Source of the DNA: Minisyncoccota bacterium
GTDB lineage: Bacteria; Patescibacteriota; Minisyncoccia; Phycocordibacterales; UBA9973
Direction: 5' to 3'
Length of the DNA: 64,000 nucleotides
Assembly (NCBI GenBank): GCA_041662205.1
Contig: JBAZSZ010000002.1
Span: 27,957 to 91,956 of the forward strand
The position numbers and the translations under genes were made by a program. The notes under the pieces were generated by a model. That model was not told the origin of the DNA. It made no database searches and was given only the letters and a program-made list of their open reading frames with translations. This document shows, one piece after another, positions 1-9,810 of the stretch. Within the stretch, counting starts at the first letter, position 1. Every line of letters starts with the position of its first letter.

Positions 1-441
1 AATCGGCACTAAATTAAAAATACCCAGAGCTAGATTCACTATGACAATAGCTGAAGTTATAAAATAAAAACTATCAGGCAAAACAAAACTATAAGAAATA
101 CGAATGATAATACCAAACACAATGGCAATAAAAAAATTGGCTATTACACCAGCAGAAGCGACAGCTATCGTCCCCCATTTTTTATCACTCAAATTATTTG
201 GATTATAAGGTACTGGTTTTGCCCACCCAAAAAGAAAACCAGCTTGTGATAAAATCAAAACTGCTGGTAAAATTATAGAACCAAATAAATCTAAGTGATT
301 AATCGGATTTAAGGTCAAACGACCAGCGTTTCGCGCAGTATCGTCTCCAAAATATTCTGCCATGAAACCATGCGAAACCTCATGGATCACCACAGACATG
401 ATAAGGATAGCTATATAAAAAATTGCGTCAGCGCCTTGCAT
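1..441 (-). CDS. Peptidase M50 / site-2-protease-like membrane metalloprotease, partial; the 3' end runs off the window
   Basis: My minus-strand translation begins MQGADAIFYIAILIMSVVIHEVSHGF, with an HExxH motif in a transmembrane context, and continues to the window edge. It is absent from the ORF table because it is truncated. Confidence 0.5.
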   Translation of the reverse strand, partial: MQGADAIFYIAILIMSVVIHEVSHGFMAEYFGDDTARNAGRLTLNPINHLDLFGSIILPAVLILSQAGFLFGWAKPVPYNPNNLSDKKWGTIAVASAGVIANFFIAIVFGIIIRISYSFVLPDSFYFITSAIVIVNLALGIFNLVPI

Positions 442-473
442 AATGATGTTTCTAATGATAGCATAGAAAAGTT

Positions 474-725
474 ATGAAAAAAATATGTCAAATAACCAAA
501 AAAGGTTCCATTGTCGGAGGAGGATACTCTAACAGAACCCGTGCTACCAAATTCAACCCAACAGGCAAGAAACGCAAATATCCCAATCTTCAAAAGAAAA
601 GGATTTTTGTAACTGAATTAAATAAAACTATCAACATAGAAGTCACTGCCCGTGGCATGCGCACGATGAAAAAGCGAGGCACCTATGCTACTCTTCTCAA
701 GGCTGGACTAATCCAAGCTAAATAA
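474..725 (+). CDS. rpmB: 50S ribosomal protein L28
   Basis: MKKICQITKKGSIVGGGYSNRTRATKFNPTGKKR resembles the L28 N-terminus (xCxxTGK...GNNxSHAxNxTKR). Size is 83 aa. Confidence 0.7.
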   Translation: MKKICQITKKGSIVGGGYSNRTRATKFNPTGKKRKYPNLQKKRIFVTELNKTINIEVTARGMRTMKKRGTYATLLKAGLIQAK

Positions 726-757
726 AAAAACCTCACTTAAAGTGAGGTTTTTTTATT
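725..757. terminator. Bidirectional rho-independent terminator between rpmB and the DEAD-box helicase gene
   Basis: The hairpin cctcacttaaagtgagg is flanked by an A-run and a T-run. Confidence 0.6.
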
Positions 758-2089
758 TTACGCTGGCACGAAGGTTAAGGCTGTTCCCTTTTTGCCACTT
801 CGGCCAGTTCGGCCTATACGGTGCACGTAAGTGTCATAGGTTTGTGGCACGTCGTAGTTGATGACATGAGTAACATCTGGGATATCCAGCCCTCTTGCCG
901 CAACATCTGTAGCAATTAAGATATTTATTTGATCTTTCTTGAATGAATCTAAAATACGAATACGTTCTCGACTTCTTTTATCTCCATGAATTCCTCCAAC
1001 TTTAAAACCCATATGCCCAAGTTCTTTTGCTAGAGTATCCACACTATGTTTCATTTCTCTAAAAATTAAAACTTTATCTGAGCCGTCCTTTTTTAAAACT
1101 TCGTGCAATTTTTCTAATTTTTCTTCTTTTGTTTTCACTCGGATTACATCTTGATCAATATTTTTTGCTGTCTCACCAGAGATCACAGAAATAAAAACGG
1201 GTTTTTTCAAATATTGTTCTGTTAATTTCTTGATTTCTGGAGAAAGAGTCGCTGAAAAGAAAAGAGTTTGACGCTCCGCTGCGGTTTTTCCGATTATATA
1301 AACCATATCATCGCGAAATCCCATGTCGAGCATTCTGTCTGCTTCGTCGAGTACCACGGAATGACAAGTAGATAAATCTAAAACCTTTTTTTCAATCAAG
1401 TCCCGTAGACGCCCTGGAGTTCCGATAACAAAAGAAACTCCCATTTTTATTTCACGAATTTGTTTCATAATTGGTAAGCCTCCCACACAAGCTACTGAAA
1501 ACATTCCAAAACCAAAAGCAAAATTCTTAAAATCAGCTTCGATCTGGAGAGCGAGCTCACGAGTCGGCGCCATTATCAAAACTGTTTCTCTTTTACTCTG
1601 ACCTTTTGTCTTTGCGATTTTCTCAATTAAAGGCAAAAGAAATGCTGCGGTTTTACCTGTACCAGTGTTCGCCATACCGAAAACATCTTTGCCTTCTATT
1701 ACGGCATTCATGGCTTGATCTTGGATAGGACGTGGATTCGTAAACCCTGCTCTCTCAATATTTTTATGAAGCTGTGCATTAAAAGGAAAATCGGCAAAAG
1801 TGTGTTTTGCTACATATGGCTTTTCTTCCACATGCGTTCCTTTTTTAATGAAACGAGAAAAATCTATCCGTTCACCACGGGATCTTTTATTACTTGAAGG
1901 TCTCCCACCTCCAAAGCGAGGTCTAGAATTACTTCTAAATCCACCCGACTTACTAGAACTTGGTCTACTAAACTTCGCGCCAGAGCGAGAAGTACTGTGT
2001 GCAGAAGCCGAAGCTCCACGCACGAAACTGCGTTTGTTAATCATATATTTCTTTGTGTCATGGTAATCAATACCACGACATAAAGCCAT
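758..2089 (-). CDS. DEAD-box ATP-dependent RNA helicase carrying an N-terminal Arg/Ser/Gly-rich low-complexity extension
   Basis: Q-motif, Walker A (TGTGKTAAF), DEAD, SAT and HRIGRTGRSG motifs are all present. The first ~90 aa are an RS/RG-rich tract. The true start may be the internal Met in MINKR. Confidence 0.9.
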   Translation of the reverse strand: MALCRGIDYHDTKKYMINKRSFVRGASASAHSTSRSGAKFSRPSSSKSGGFRSNSRPRFGGGRPSSNKRSRGERIDFSRFIKKGTHVEEKPYVAKHTFADFPFNAQLHKNIERAGFTNPRPIQDQAMNAVIEGKDVFGMANTGTGKTAAFLLPLIEKIAKTKGQSKRETVLIMAPTRELALQIEADFKNFAFGFGMFSVACVGGLPIMKQIREIKMGVSFVIGTPGRLRDLIEKKVLDLSTCHSVVLDEADRMLDMGFRDDMVYIIGKTAAERQTLFFSATLSPEIKKLTEQYLKKPVFISVISGETAKNIDQDVIRVKTKEEKLEKLHEVLKKDGSDKVLIFREMKHSVDTLAKELGHMGFKVGGIHGDKRSRERIRILDSFKKDQINILIATDVAARGLDIPDVTHVINYDVPQTYDTYVHRIGRTGRSGKKGTALTFVPA

Positions 2090-2251
2090 AATTGATTTCC
2101 ATCACTTGCCCGCCTTTGTAGGGAGCGTCAGTCTCGTTATATTAAGCTCGTCCGCCTATGGCGTGAGTTGAGAATGATGTAAAAACAATAGCATTTCTGC
2201 TTTATTTTGTCAATGTTTTATTAATTTGGATAAAAAAGTTATACTAAAAAT

Positions 2252-3124
2252 ATGAAAGCTTACTTGGATGTTGTAAAAAATGTTTTAGAAAATGGAGAAA
2301 AAAAGACTGATCGTACAGGAACAGGAACACTTACTATCTCGGGGGTTATTTTTAAACATGATATGAAAAATGGTTTCCCATTGTTAACTACTAAAAAAAT
2401 TCCTTTCCGTTTAGTTGCTTCTGAATTGGAATTTTTTATCAAAGGAATTACAGACAAAAAGTGGTTACAAGATAGGAACAATCATATCTGGGACGAATGG
2501 TGTACTCCCCTAAAAGTACCTTATGCACACGATGAACAAACAAAAAAAAAGATGTTAGAAGAAAGAGATTTGGGAACTATTTATGGTTGGGAATGGCGAC
2601 ATTTTGGTGCTGAATATAAAGATTATCAAACAGATTATTCTGGACAAGGTATTGATCAATTAAAACGTATAGTAGAAATGTTAAAAACAAAACCGGATAG
2701 TCGACAGATGTTAGTGCTTGCCTGGAATCCAATGGACGTTGAAAAAGCAATTCCACCGTATTGTCATTATGCATTTCAAGTAACAGTTATAAACAATCGT
2801 CTTAATTTATTTTGGAACCAACGTAGTGTCGACGTAGCACTTGGATTACCTTTCAATATTGCGAGTTATGCAACTTTATTACATCTACTCGCTTTAGAAA
2901 CTGGACTAGAAGAAGGAATACTTACTGGATTTCTGGCTGACACACACATATATATAAATCATGTCGATGGATTAAAAGAACAGTTAACACGAGACCCTAA
3001 TAAATATAAATTATCACAAATTAAAACTAATAAATGGACATCTATTTTTGATTGGCAATATACAGATACAGAAATTATTAACTATGAAAGTTATTCTGGA
3101 ATTCCTTTTAAAATAGCAATCTAA
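2252..3124 (+). CDS. thyA: Thymidylate synthase
   Basis: Classic ThyA N-terminus and core: MKAYLDVVKNVLENGEKKTDRTGTGT...LPPCHYAFQ. Confidence 0.95.
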   Translation: MKAYLDVVKNVLENGEKKTDRTGTGTLTISGVIFKHDMKNGFPLLTTKKIPFRLVASELEFFIKGITDKKWLQDRNNHIWDEWCTPLKVPYAHDEQTKKKMLEERDLGTIYGWEWRHFGAEYKDYQTDYSGQGIDQLKRIVEMLKTKPDSRQMLVLAWNPMDVEKAIPPYCHYAFQVTVINNRLNLFWNQRSVDVALGLPFNIASYATLLHLLALETGLEEGILTGFLADTHIYINHVDGLKEQLTRDPNKYKLSQIKTNKWTSIFDWQYTDTEIINYESYSGIPFKIAI

Positions 3125-3126
3125 CT

Positions 3127-3618
3127 ATGATCTCCCTCATTGCAGCCATTGGTAAAAATAATGAACTCGGCAAAGACAATACTTTGCTTTGGCATCTGCC
3201 TGCTGATATAAAATTTTTTAAAGAAACTACCACACTGCACCCAGTAATAATGGGCAGGAAAACTTTTGAATCCATAGGACGCCCCCTCCCCAACAGAAGA
3301 AATATCGTAATTACCAGGGATTTGAATTATAAAAAAGATGGGGTTGAGCTTGTATACTCCCTAGGCGAAGCTTTGGATTTATTCCCAGACCCAAACGAGG
3401 AAATATTTATTATCGGGGGCGCAGAATTATATAGACAAACAATGTCTATCGCAGATAAGCTTTATATCACTCACATAGACGCTGAAGACAAAGACGCAGA
3501 TGCATTTTTCCCTGAAATTATTCCAATTGTTTGGAACGAAGTCTCACACATTGAACACGAGGCAGATGAAAAGAATATTTTTAAATATACTTTTTCAATT
3601 TACGAAAAGTTTCAATAA
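3127..3618 (+). CDS. folA: Dihydrofolate reductase
   Basis: MISLIAAIGKNNELGKDNTLLWHLPADIKFFKETT...IMGRKTFESIG. It sits immediately downstream of thyA. Confidence 0.9.
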   Translation: MISLIAAIGKNNELGKDNTLLWHLPADIKFFKETTTLHPVIMGRKTFESIGRPLPNRRNIVITRDLNYKKDGVELVYSLGEALDLFPDPNEEIFIIGGAELYRQTMSIADKLYITHIDAEDKDADAFFPEIIPIVWNEVSHIEHEADEKNIFKYTFSIYEKFQ

Positions 3619-3621
3619 ACT

Positions 3622-3978
3622 TTAAGGATCCTCGTCTGTCTTGATACGAATAAAAACATCCTTGCCCTCTGGAGATTTTTCTTTTATGTACTTTCTATGC
3701 TTATTTTTTTCTATTTTTTTAACTAATTCTTTTTCTAAATCAAAACCCATAGTTTCACACATGCCAAGGATAAAAATCATCACATCAGCAAATTCTTCCG
3801 CTACTCCAGATTGGTTTTTATTATGCTTAGAAAACGCCTCTGAGAGCTCTTCGTAAGCCCGACAAAATTCTTGAGCGATGTCGGTAGTATTGAACCCATG
3901 TTCAACTTTATTTCTCAACACTTCTTTTTGTAATTCTTTAAGATCCACCATAAAATTATTGGTCGTTATAAGGTTCAA
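3622..3978 (-). CDS. MazG-like nucleotide pyrophosphohydrolase
   Basis: Contains the EExxEL...EEFADVMIFILGMCETMGFDLE motif pair typical of the MazG/NTP-PPase all-alpha family. Confidence 0.6.
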   Translation of the reverse strand: MNLITTNNFMVDLKELQKEVLRNKVEHGFNTTDIAQEFCRAYEELSEAFSKHNKNQSGVAEEFADVMIFILGMCETMGFDLEKELVKKIEKNKHRKYIKEKSPEGKDVFIRIKTDEDP

Positions 3979-4462
3979 TTTTTTTATTTATAATTTCTAA
4001 CTTTACTCCGGCTTGCTTGAAAACAATTTTGGACTGTTTGGTTGCATGATAATCTTTTAAGGAAACAACTCTCTTAATACCTGCATTTATAATTGTTTTT
4101 GCGCAAGTATAACAAGGAACCATTTTGCAATATAATATTGATCCATCAATTGATGCACCGGAGCGCGCAGCATTTGCGATAGCGTTTAATTCTGCGTGAG
4201 CAGTTCTAAGACAATGACGAGAAACTGTTCCGTCTTCTCTGGTGAGAGTATGCATTTCATGACCTATGTCATCACAATGAGCAATACCCATAGGCGAACC
4301 GACATATCCCGTAGCAAGGATTCGTTTATCTTTCACGATTACACACCCACTTCTACCTCTATCACAAGTGCCACGAGTCCCAACCATTTCAACCATTTTC
4401 AAGAAATATTCATCCCAAGATGGTCTTTGGTATTTAGTAGTATTTTTGGCAGCCTTTTTCAT
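3956..4462 (-). CDS. dCMP / cytidine deaminase family protein (ComEB-like)
   Basis: HAELNAIANAAR...PCYTCAKTIINAGIKRVV contains the zinc-binding H(A)E and PCxxC motifs. Confidence 0.8.
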   Translation of the reverse strand: MKKAAKNTTKYQRPSWDEYFLKMVEMVGTRGTCDRGRSGCVIVKDKRILATGYVGSPMGIAHCDDIGHEMHTLTREDGTVSRHCLRTAHAELNAIANAARSGASIDGSILYCKMVPCYTCAKTIINAGIKRVVSLKDYHATKQSKIVFKQAGVKLEIINKKIEPYNDQ

Positions 4463-4484
4463 TTCTTAAATATACTCCCAAAAA

Positions 4485-4520
4485 CACAAAAAGCCAACAA
4501 CTTAATGTTGGCTTTTTTAT
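4485..4520. terminator. Bidirectional terminator downstream of rplK
   Basis: The hairpin agccaacaacttaatgttggct is flanked by an A-run and a T-run. Confidence 0.5.
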
Positions 4521-4528
4521 ATTAAAAT

Positions 4529-4951
4529 TTATATTACATCAATGCCCATAGAACGAGCGGAGCCAGCGACGATGCGAATTGCGCCTTCCATATCTTTGGC
4601 ATTCAAATCAGCCATTTTCTTTTCAGCAATTTCTCCCGCTTGTTTTTTAGTTATCTTGCCCACTTTTGTGGAAGCATTTTTCCCAGAACCTTTTTCTATT
4701 CCAGCAGCTTTTAGGATAAGTCCTGTTACGGGTGGGGTCTTCACAACGAAATCATAACTACGATCTTCGTAAACTGTAATCTTTACAGACACCTTGTCCC
4801 CAGCCATTTTAGATGTGGCGGCGTTGAATTTAGTAACGAAATCTCCAATGTTAATACCAGCTTGTCCAAGTGCGGGCCCAAGTGGTGGCGCAGGAGTGGC
4901 TTTTGCAGCAGCTATTTGTAATTTAATTTTTTTGGTTATTTTCTTTGCCAT
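4529..4951 (-). CDS. rplK: 50S ribosomal protein L11
   Basis: [22 protein letters not shown] is the conserved L11 motif. No rplA follows this gene. Confidence 0.95.
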   Translation of the reverse strand: MAKKITKKIKLQIAAAKATPAPPLGPALGQAGINIGDFVTKFNAATSKMAGDKVSVKITVYEDRSYDFVVKTPPVTGLILKAAGIEKGSGKNASTKVGKITKKQAGEIAEKKMADLNAKDMEGAIRIVAGSARSMGIDVI

Positions 4952-5066
4952 ATATCTTTTGTTATTTTGTTAGATTACTATAAAGTCGTATTAATTGCAA
5001 TTTCCTTAAATTTTCTTGGCCGCCGCCAGGCGGTCGGCATACAGAAATTTATAGTCGCTTTGCTCC

Positions 5067-5612
5067 TTAAATTTTCTTAACTTGCAAGAAGTCAAGCTCC
5101 ACTGGTGTCTCGCGACCAAACATCGAAACCAGCACTTTTACCTTACCACGATCTTGATCAATAGAATTTATCTTACCCTCAAGATCCTTAAATGGTCCAT
5201 CGGTAATGCGAACTGTCTCTCCCACTACCATGTCAATATTATGCCTAGCAGTACCCGCATCCATCTTTTTGAAAAGATAATCAACTTCTTCATTTTTTAA
5301 AGGAACAGGGTTCACTCCCGCTCCAACGAAGCCAGTCACTCGTGGAGTATTGCGTACTACATACCAAGAATCATCCGTTACGATCATGTCCACTAAGACA
5401 TATCCTGGATAAATTTTTTCTTCCACTTCCACTCGCTTACCAGCTTTAATTTTTATTTTCTTTTCAACTGGGACGATCACATTGAAAATTTTATCATTCA
5501 TGCCTAGAGAATCTATGCGCTGTTTCAAATTACGAAGAACAACGTTTTCGTATCCGGCATAAGTATGAATGGCATACCAATTTCTAGTTCCTAATGTTTC
5601 CTGTTTTGACAT
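5067..5612 (-). CDS. nusG: Transcription termination/antitermination factor NusG
   Basis: WYAIHTYAGYENVV marks the NGN domain, and there is a C-terminal KOW motif. Gene order is secE-nusG-rplK. Confidence 0.9.
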   Translation of the reverse strand: MSKQETLGTRNWYAIHTYAGYENVVLRNLKQRIDSLGMNDKIFNVIVPVEKKIKIKAGKRVEVEEKIYPGYVLVDMIVTDDSWYVVRNTPRVTGFVGAGVNPVPLKNEEVDYLFKKMDAGTARHNIDMVVGETVRITDGPFKDLEGKINSIDQDRGKVKVLVSMFGRETPVELDFLQVKKI

Positions 5613-5616
5613 GTTT

Positions 5617-5802
5617 TTAAGGGGTAATTATTTTTTGTAAGCCTAGGGAGAAAATAAAATCAAAGATACCTAGGTAGTATGCAATCACCACAGATAAAAT
5701 AATAACTATCAGGGTATAGTACAAAGTCTGATTTCTAGATGGCCAAATCACGTGTTTTAATTCTGTTTTTGTCTCTTCTAAATATTCTTTAATTTTTGAC
5801 AT
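5617..5802 (-). CDS. secE: Preprotein translocase subunit SecE
   Basis: A 61-aa protein with one TM helix, in the conserved position immediately upstream of nusG. Confidence 0.7.
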   Translation of the reverse strand: MSKIKEYLEETKTELKHVIWPSRNQTLYYTLIVIILSVVIAYYLGIFDFIFSLGLQKIITP

Positions 5803-5837
5803 ACTTGTCCGCCTCTGGCGGATGATTTTTCTTTACC

Positions 5838-5866
5838 TTTTAAAAAAGCCCCCTTTCAAGGGCTCT
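5838..5866 (-). terminator. Rho-independent terminator
   Basis: On the minus strand a hairpin (agccc/gggct) is followed by a T-run, downstream of the SIMPL gene. Confidence 0.45.
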
Positions 5867-5920
5867 TTTAAGAATACTCTTTTTTTCAAAATAGTCAATC
5901 CGTCAAAGTACAGAAGATGT

Positions 5921-6790
5921 TTATCTAATCTCGTAAGTTATCGTTACATCTGAGCTGATTGTGTTCTCTCCTTGCGGAATTACAGCCGGAGCTGGTACTG
6001 CTTCTGCATTATCTTTACTAAATCCAGAAGACGAAAACATGATTGGAAAATTGCCTGATTCACTGAAAGAAGTAATTTTACCTAAACGTACTCCTAAGTC
6101 TTTCGCCAAAACTTCTGCTTTTGCTTTTGCATCATCAATAGCTTTCTTCCTTGCTTCCGCTTTTAAGGTATCTTCTTTATCAATAGCAAAATTAGGACCA
6201 TTTAAATCAGAAACGCCCGTGGTTCCAAGTCCTTGCATCACATCACCCACAGAATCTATGTTACGAATTTTTACCGTGATGCTTTCACTTGCTGTATAGC
6301 CAAGAAGCACTTGTTTTCCGGGAGGACAAAAAAAAGGAGAACTTACTGTACCAGAATTCAATTGAGCTGGTTGCGGACATACAGCATTTCTAAATTCATA
6401 CTTTGGATTAAAAGATGCATTAGTAGTCTTGATATCCTTATCCGCTACCCCTTTTTCTTTCAAAAGATCTAAGGCTTTTTTCTCTATTACCGCTACTCCC
6501 GCCTGAGCATCTTTCACTGTTTTAGCATCTTGGCTAATGGTAAAATAAATATTTGCAATATCAGGCACAGCCGTAACTTCTCCATGACCAGAGAAAGATA
6601 TAGTATTGGGTGTTTTACTTCCATCTCTAAATCCCCTGCCTTCAAATAAAGCATTCGCAGCTACAACAGCTAAAAAGACAATAAGCGCAATTCTTAATCC
6701 ACGATATAATCTAATTTTTTGTTCTTGTAGTATTTCCATATATTTGATTCCGCACTTCACCTCTCCTTGGCGAGGAAAGTAGACGAGCAA
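5921..6790 (-). CDS. SIMPL-domain (DUF541) secreted/periplasmic protein
   Basis: An N-terminal TM or signal segment is followed by GHGEVTAVPDIANIYFTISQDAKTVKDAQAG, typical of the SIMPL family. Confidence 0.65.
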   Translation of the reverse strand: MLVYFPRQGEVKCGIKYMEILQEQKIRLYRGLRIALIVFLAVVAANALFEGRGFRDGSKTPNTISFSGHGEVTAVPDIANIYFTISQDAKTVKDAQAGVAVIEKKALDLLKEKGVADKDIKTTNASFNPKYEFRNAVCPQPAQLNSGTVSSPFFCPPGKQVLLGYTASESITVKIRNIDSVGDVMQGLGTTGVSDLNGPNFAIDKEDTLKAEARKKAIDDAKAKAEVLAKDLGVRLGKITSFSESGNFPIMFSSSGFSKDNAEAVPAPAVIPQGENTISSDVTITYEIR

Positions 6791-6791
6791 G

Positions 6792-7292
6792 TTATTTAAT
6801 TGCTAATAATTCAACATCAAAAATCAATGTGGCATTTGGGGGTATTACTCTCCCAACTCCAGTAGCACCATAAGCATCCTCTGGCTTTATAATAAGAGTT
6901 TTCTTTTCTCCTACTTTCATTCCAACAATCCCTTTATCCCAACCAGGAATCACTTGTCCACCACCTAATTTAAATTCAAAAGGTTGTACATGATTAAATT
7001 TTATATCAACATTTGAATCAAAAACCGTACCATTTTCTAAACGACCGGTGTAATTCACTGAGACTGTATCCCCTGTCTTTGCTATATCTCCTGCGGGAAT
7101 AGTATTCTCGGCTGGAATTGTATTATCAGAAACATTATTTGCAATATCATTCACATTATTATTTGAAGGCATATTTTCATTATTTACTTTATTATTCATA
7201 CTAATAAAAACCAAAACTCCCAAAAAAACTAAACAAATTACTACGGCTAAAACTATATTCATATTATTTTTATTTGTATTTTCTTCTTGCAT
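6792..7292 (-). CDS. FKBP-type peptidyl-prolyl cis-trans isomerase, membrane anchored
   Basis: GDTVSVNYTGRLENGTVFDS...FEFKLGGGQVIPGWDKGIVGMKVGEKKTL is an FKBP signature. The N-terminus is a TM helix. Confidence 0.85.
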   Translation of the reverse strand: MQEENTNKNNMNIVLAVVICLVFLGVLVFISMNNKVNNENMPSNNNVNDIANNVSDNTIPAENTIPAGDIAKTGDTVSVNYTGRLENGTVFDSNVDIKFNHVQPFEFKLGGGQVIPGWDKGIVGMKVGEKKTLIIKPEDAYGATGVGRVIPPNATLIFDVELLAIK

Positions 7293-7345
7293 AACTTTAA
7301 GAATTACTTAAGCTTTTAATAACTTAATTATACACTCTAAAAAAC

Positions 7346-8401
7346 TTAAATCAAATTAACTTCGGGCACTAAATCTACGCCAAATTTTTCTTTTACGGAT
7401 ATGATTATTTTATTCGCTAATTCGAGAATCTCTAAACCAGTCGCTCCTCCATAATTTACCAAAACCAAAGCGTGTTTTTCGTGGACACCTACATTCCCCA
7501 CCTTTTTCCCCTTCCACCCACGCTGTTCAATCAACCAAGCAGCGGGGATTTTTGTTATTCCGCCTTCTTGATAATGTGGCATATCGGGATAAGTTTCCAA
7601 AAGGGTTTGTATTTTTTCTTTTTCTAAAAAAACATTCCTAAAAAAACTCCCAACATTACCAAGAACAGCTGGATCTGGCAATTTAGTTTTGCGCATAAAA
7701 GCTATAGCATTACTTATATCTTTTGAACTATTAAGCCCTATTTTATTTTTTTCCACATACTCTGAAAATCCTCTGTAATTAATATTTTTCATCGAAATTT
7801 TGCTCAGTTTTAGAGTTATGGCAAAAATAAAATATTCTCCCTTAAATTTATTTTTAAAAACACTATCATGATAACTAAACTCGCACTCCTCTTTTTTAAA
7901 AACCGTCTTTTCTTTATTTAAAATTCTATACGCTTCGACACTTTCAAGAACATCTGCCAGCTCTACCCCATAAGCTCCAATATTTTCTATCGGGGCAGCT
8001 CCGACAGTTCCAGGAATTAATGTTAAATTTTCAATACCCCAATACCCTCTATCAACAGAGAACATCACTAGATCATTCCAGTATTCACCCCCCATTGCCC
8101 GAATATAAACATTTTCAGAATCTTCTTCTGTAATATCTATCCCTTTTAATTTATTTAAAATTACTATTCCATCAAAATCTTTAGTAAATAAAATATTACT
8201 TCCTCCTCCAAGAAACATTTTTTTATTATTTTTAAATTCAGAAAGATTAAAAAGTTCTTCTAAATCTTTTTCAGATTTTACTTCCACAAAAAATTTAGCC
8301 TGAACACTGATACCGAAAGTGTTTAATTTTAAAAGGTTGTAGTTCTTAAGAATTTCCATATATATATCATATATCATTAGTGGATGGACATCTAGGCACA
8401 C
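7346..8401 (-). CDS. murB: UDP-N-acetylenolpyruvoylglucosamine reductase
   Basis: Contains the FAD-binding GGGSNILF motif and the MurB C-terminal domain. Confidence 0.9.
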   Translation of the reverse strand: MCLDVHPLMIYDIYMEILKNYNLLKLNTFGISVQAKFFVEVKSEKDLEELFNLSEFKNNKKMFLGGGSNILFTKDFDGIVILNKLKGIDITEEDSENVYIRAMGGEYWNDLVMFSVDRGYWGIENLTLIPGTVGAAPIENIGAYGVELADVLESVEAYRILNKEKTVFKKEECEFSYHDSVFKNKFKGEYFIFAITLKLSKISMKNINYRGFSEYVEKNKIGLNSSKDISNAIAFMRKTKLPDPAVLGNVGSFFRNVFLEKEKIQTLLETYPDMPHYQEGGITKIPAAWLIEQRGWKGKKVGNVGVHEKHALVLVNYGGATGLEILELANKIIISVKEKFGVDLVPEVNLI

Positions 8402-8419
8402 TTCGCATAAACTTTAGAT

Positions 8420-9778
8420 ATGATCGAGTTTCCTGATGAGGCTCTAGCTGATACAGAACAAACTGTTACGTTAGATAAAAAAATTAAAAAAAAGAAAACT
8501 CCAAAACGATTTGGGAATTTTTTGAGAATCCTTGGTCCCGGCATTGTTACTGGAGCAGCAGATGATGATCCTTCAGGTATTGCCACTTACTCTCAGGCGG
8601 GAGCACAGTTTGGTTTTATGATGCCTTGGACTATGCTCTTTACTCTTCCGCTTATGGTGTCTGTGCAAGAAGCTTGTATGCGCATAGGAGCTGTCACCGG
8701 TAAAGGACTAGCAGCAGTAGTCCGTGAAAACTATCCCAAAAAAATATTATATCCAATCGTGTTACTCGTAGTGTGCGCCAATACTCTCAACATCGGTTCA
8801 GATATTGGAGCAATGGCAGCGAGCACTAGACTCATTATTCCCAATATTCCATTTTCAGTTTTGGCGGTTGGTTTTGCTTTGCTTATTATATTATTGGAAG
8901 TACTTATACCTTATCGTACTTATATTCGTATTTTGAAATGGTTAGCAATGACTCTGTTTGCTTATTTTATTACAGCCTTTTTAATTGCCGTTCCTTGGGG
9001 AGAAGTATTAAAAGCTACACTCTTGCCTCAAATTCAATTTAATAAATCTTTTTTATATATTATCGTCGGTATTTTTGGTACAACCATTTCACCGTATTTA
9101 TTCTTCTGGCAAACGAGTAATGTTGTAGAAGACAGTATTGCTAAACATAAAATACCACAACATGGCGGTGTCCCCAAATTAACAAAATCATATTTAAAAG
9201 ATCTGCGCATCGACAATGTTGTAGGCATGTTATTTTCCAATGTTACCGCTTGGTTTATTATCGTCGTCGGAGCTGTAGTACTAAACCATGCTGGAGTGAC
9301 AAACATCAATACTGCTGCTGACGCTGCCCGCGCTCTTGAACCATTAGTGCATACATTTCCCAATGCCGGATTTTTAGCAAAACTTATTTTTGCTATTGGT
9401 ATTATTGGTATTGGTCTTCAGAGTATACCCGTCTTGGCAGGGAGTTCTGCCTATGCTGTAGCAGAAACCTTTAGCTGGAAAGAAGGATTGTTTCGTAAAT
9501 TCAAGCAATCACGTAATTTTTATTTCGTCATAATTGTAGGTACCTTGGTCGGACTGGTTTTTAATTTTATAGGTTTTGATCCTATTAAGGCACTTATCTT
9601 TACAGCAGTATTCAACGGTATAGCCGCCGTCCCCCTCATTTATTTTATCACCCGACTTTCTAGTCGAACTGATGTGATGGGTGAATACAAAAGTGGTTCT
9701 GCTTCCAAGCTCGGACTTTGGACTGCTTTTATAGTCATGGGTCTTTTTGCGATAGCTCTCTTGATATCTTTTCTTTAA
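8420..9778 (+). CDS. NRAMP-family divalent metal transporter
   Basis: GPGIVTGAADDDPSGIATYSQAGAQFGF is an Nramp signature. The protein is polytopic. Confidence 0.8.
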   Translation: MIEFPDEALADTEQTVTLDKKIKKKKTPKRFGNFLRILGPGIVTGAADDDPSGIATYSQAGAQFGFMMPWTMLFTLPLMVSVQEACMRIGAVTGKGLAAVVRENYPKKILYPIVLLVVCANTLNIGSDIGAMAASTRLIIPNIPFSVLAVGFALLIILLEVLIPYRTYIRILKWLAMTLFAYFITAFLIAVPWGEVLKATLLPQIQFNKSFLYIIVGIFGTTISPYLFFWQTSNVVEDSIAKHKIPQHGGVPKLTKSYLKDLRIDNVVGMLFSNVTAWFIIVVGAVVLNHAGVTNINTAADAARALEPLVHTFPNAGFLAKLIFAIGIIGIGLQSIPVLAGSSAYAVAETFSWKEGLFRKFKQSRNFYFVIIVGTLVGLVFNFIGFDPIKALIFTAVFNGIAAVPLIYFITRLSSRTDVMGEYKSGSASKLGLWTAFIVMGLFAIALLISFL

Positions 9779-9810
9779 TCAATACAAGGAAATTTTTATA
9801 TTTACTGTTT

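Noticed and set aside
411-593. 60-aa minus-strand ORF overlapping rpmB
   Set aside because: It is antisense to a well-supported ribosomal protein gene and to the 5' end of the M50 peptidase ORF. It has no motif, and its composition is typical of spurious AT-rich ORFs.
1715-2066. Plus-strand ORFs (1715..1897, 1800..2066) inside the DEAD-box helicase gene
   Set aside because: They are antisense shadows of a strongly supported CDS. The same reasoning rejects the other short antisense ORFs listed in the table: 5961..6299, 9034..9363, 9851..10267, 13095..13331, 16042..16824, 19384..20346, 21558..22021, 23636..23851, 30134..30400, 31031..31282, 34181..34469, 41394..41672, 44168..45131, 52500..53026 and 62033..63039.
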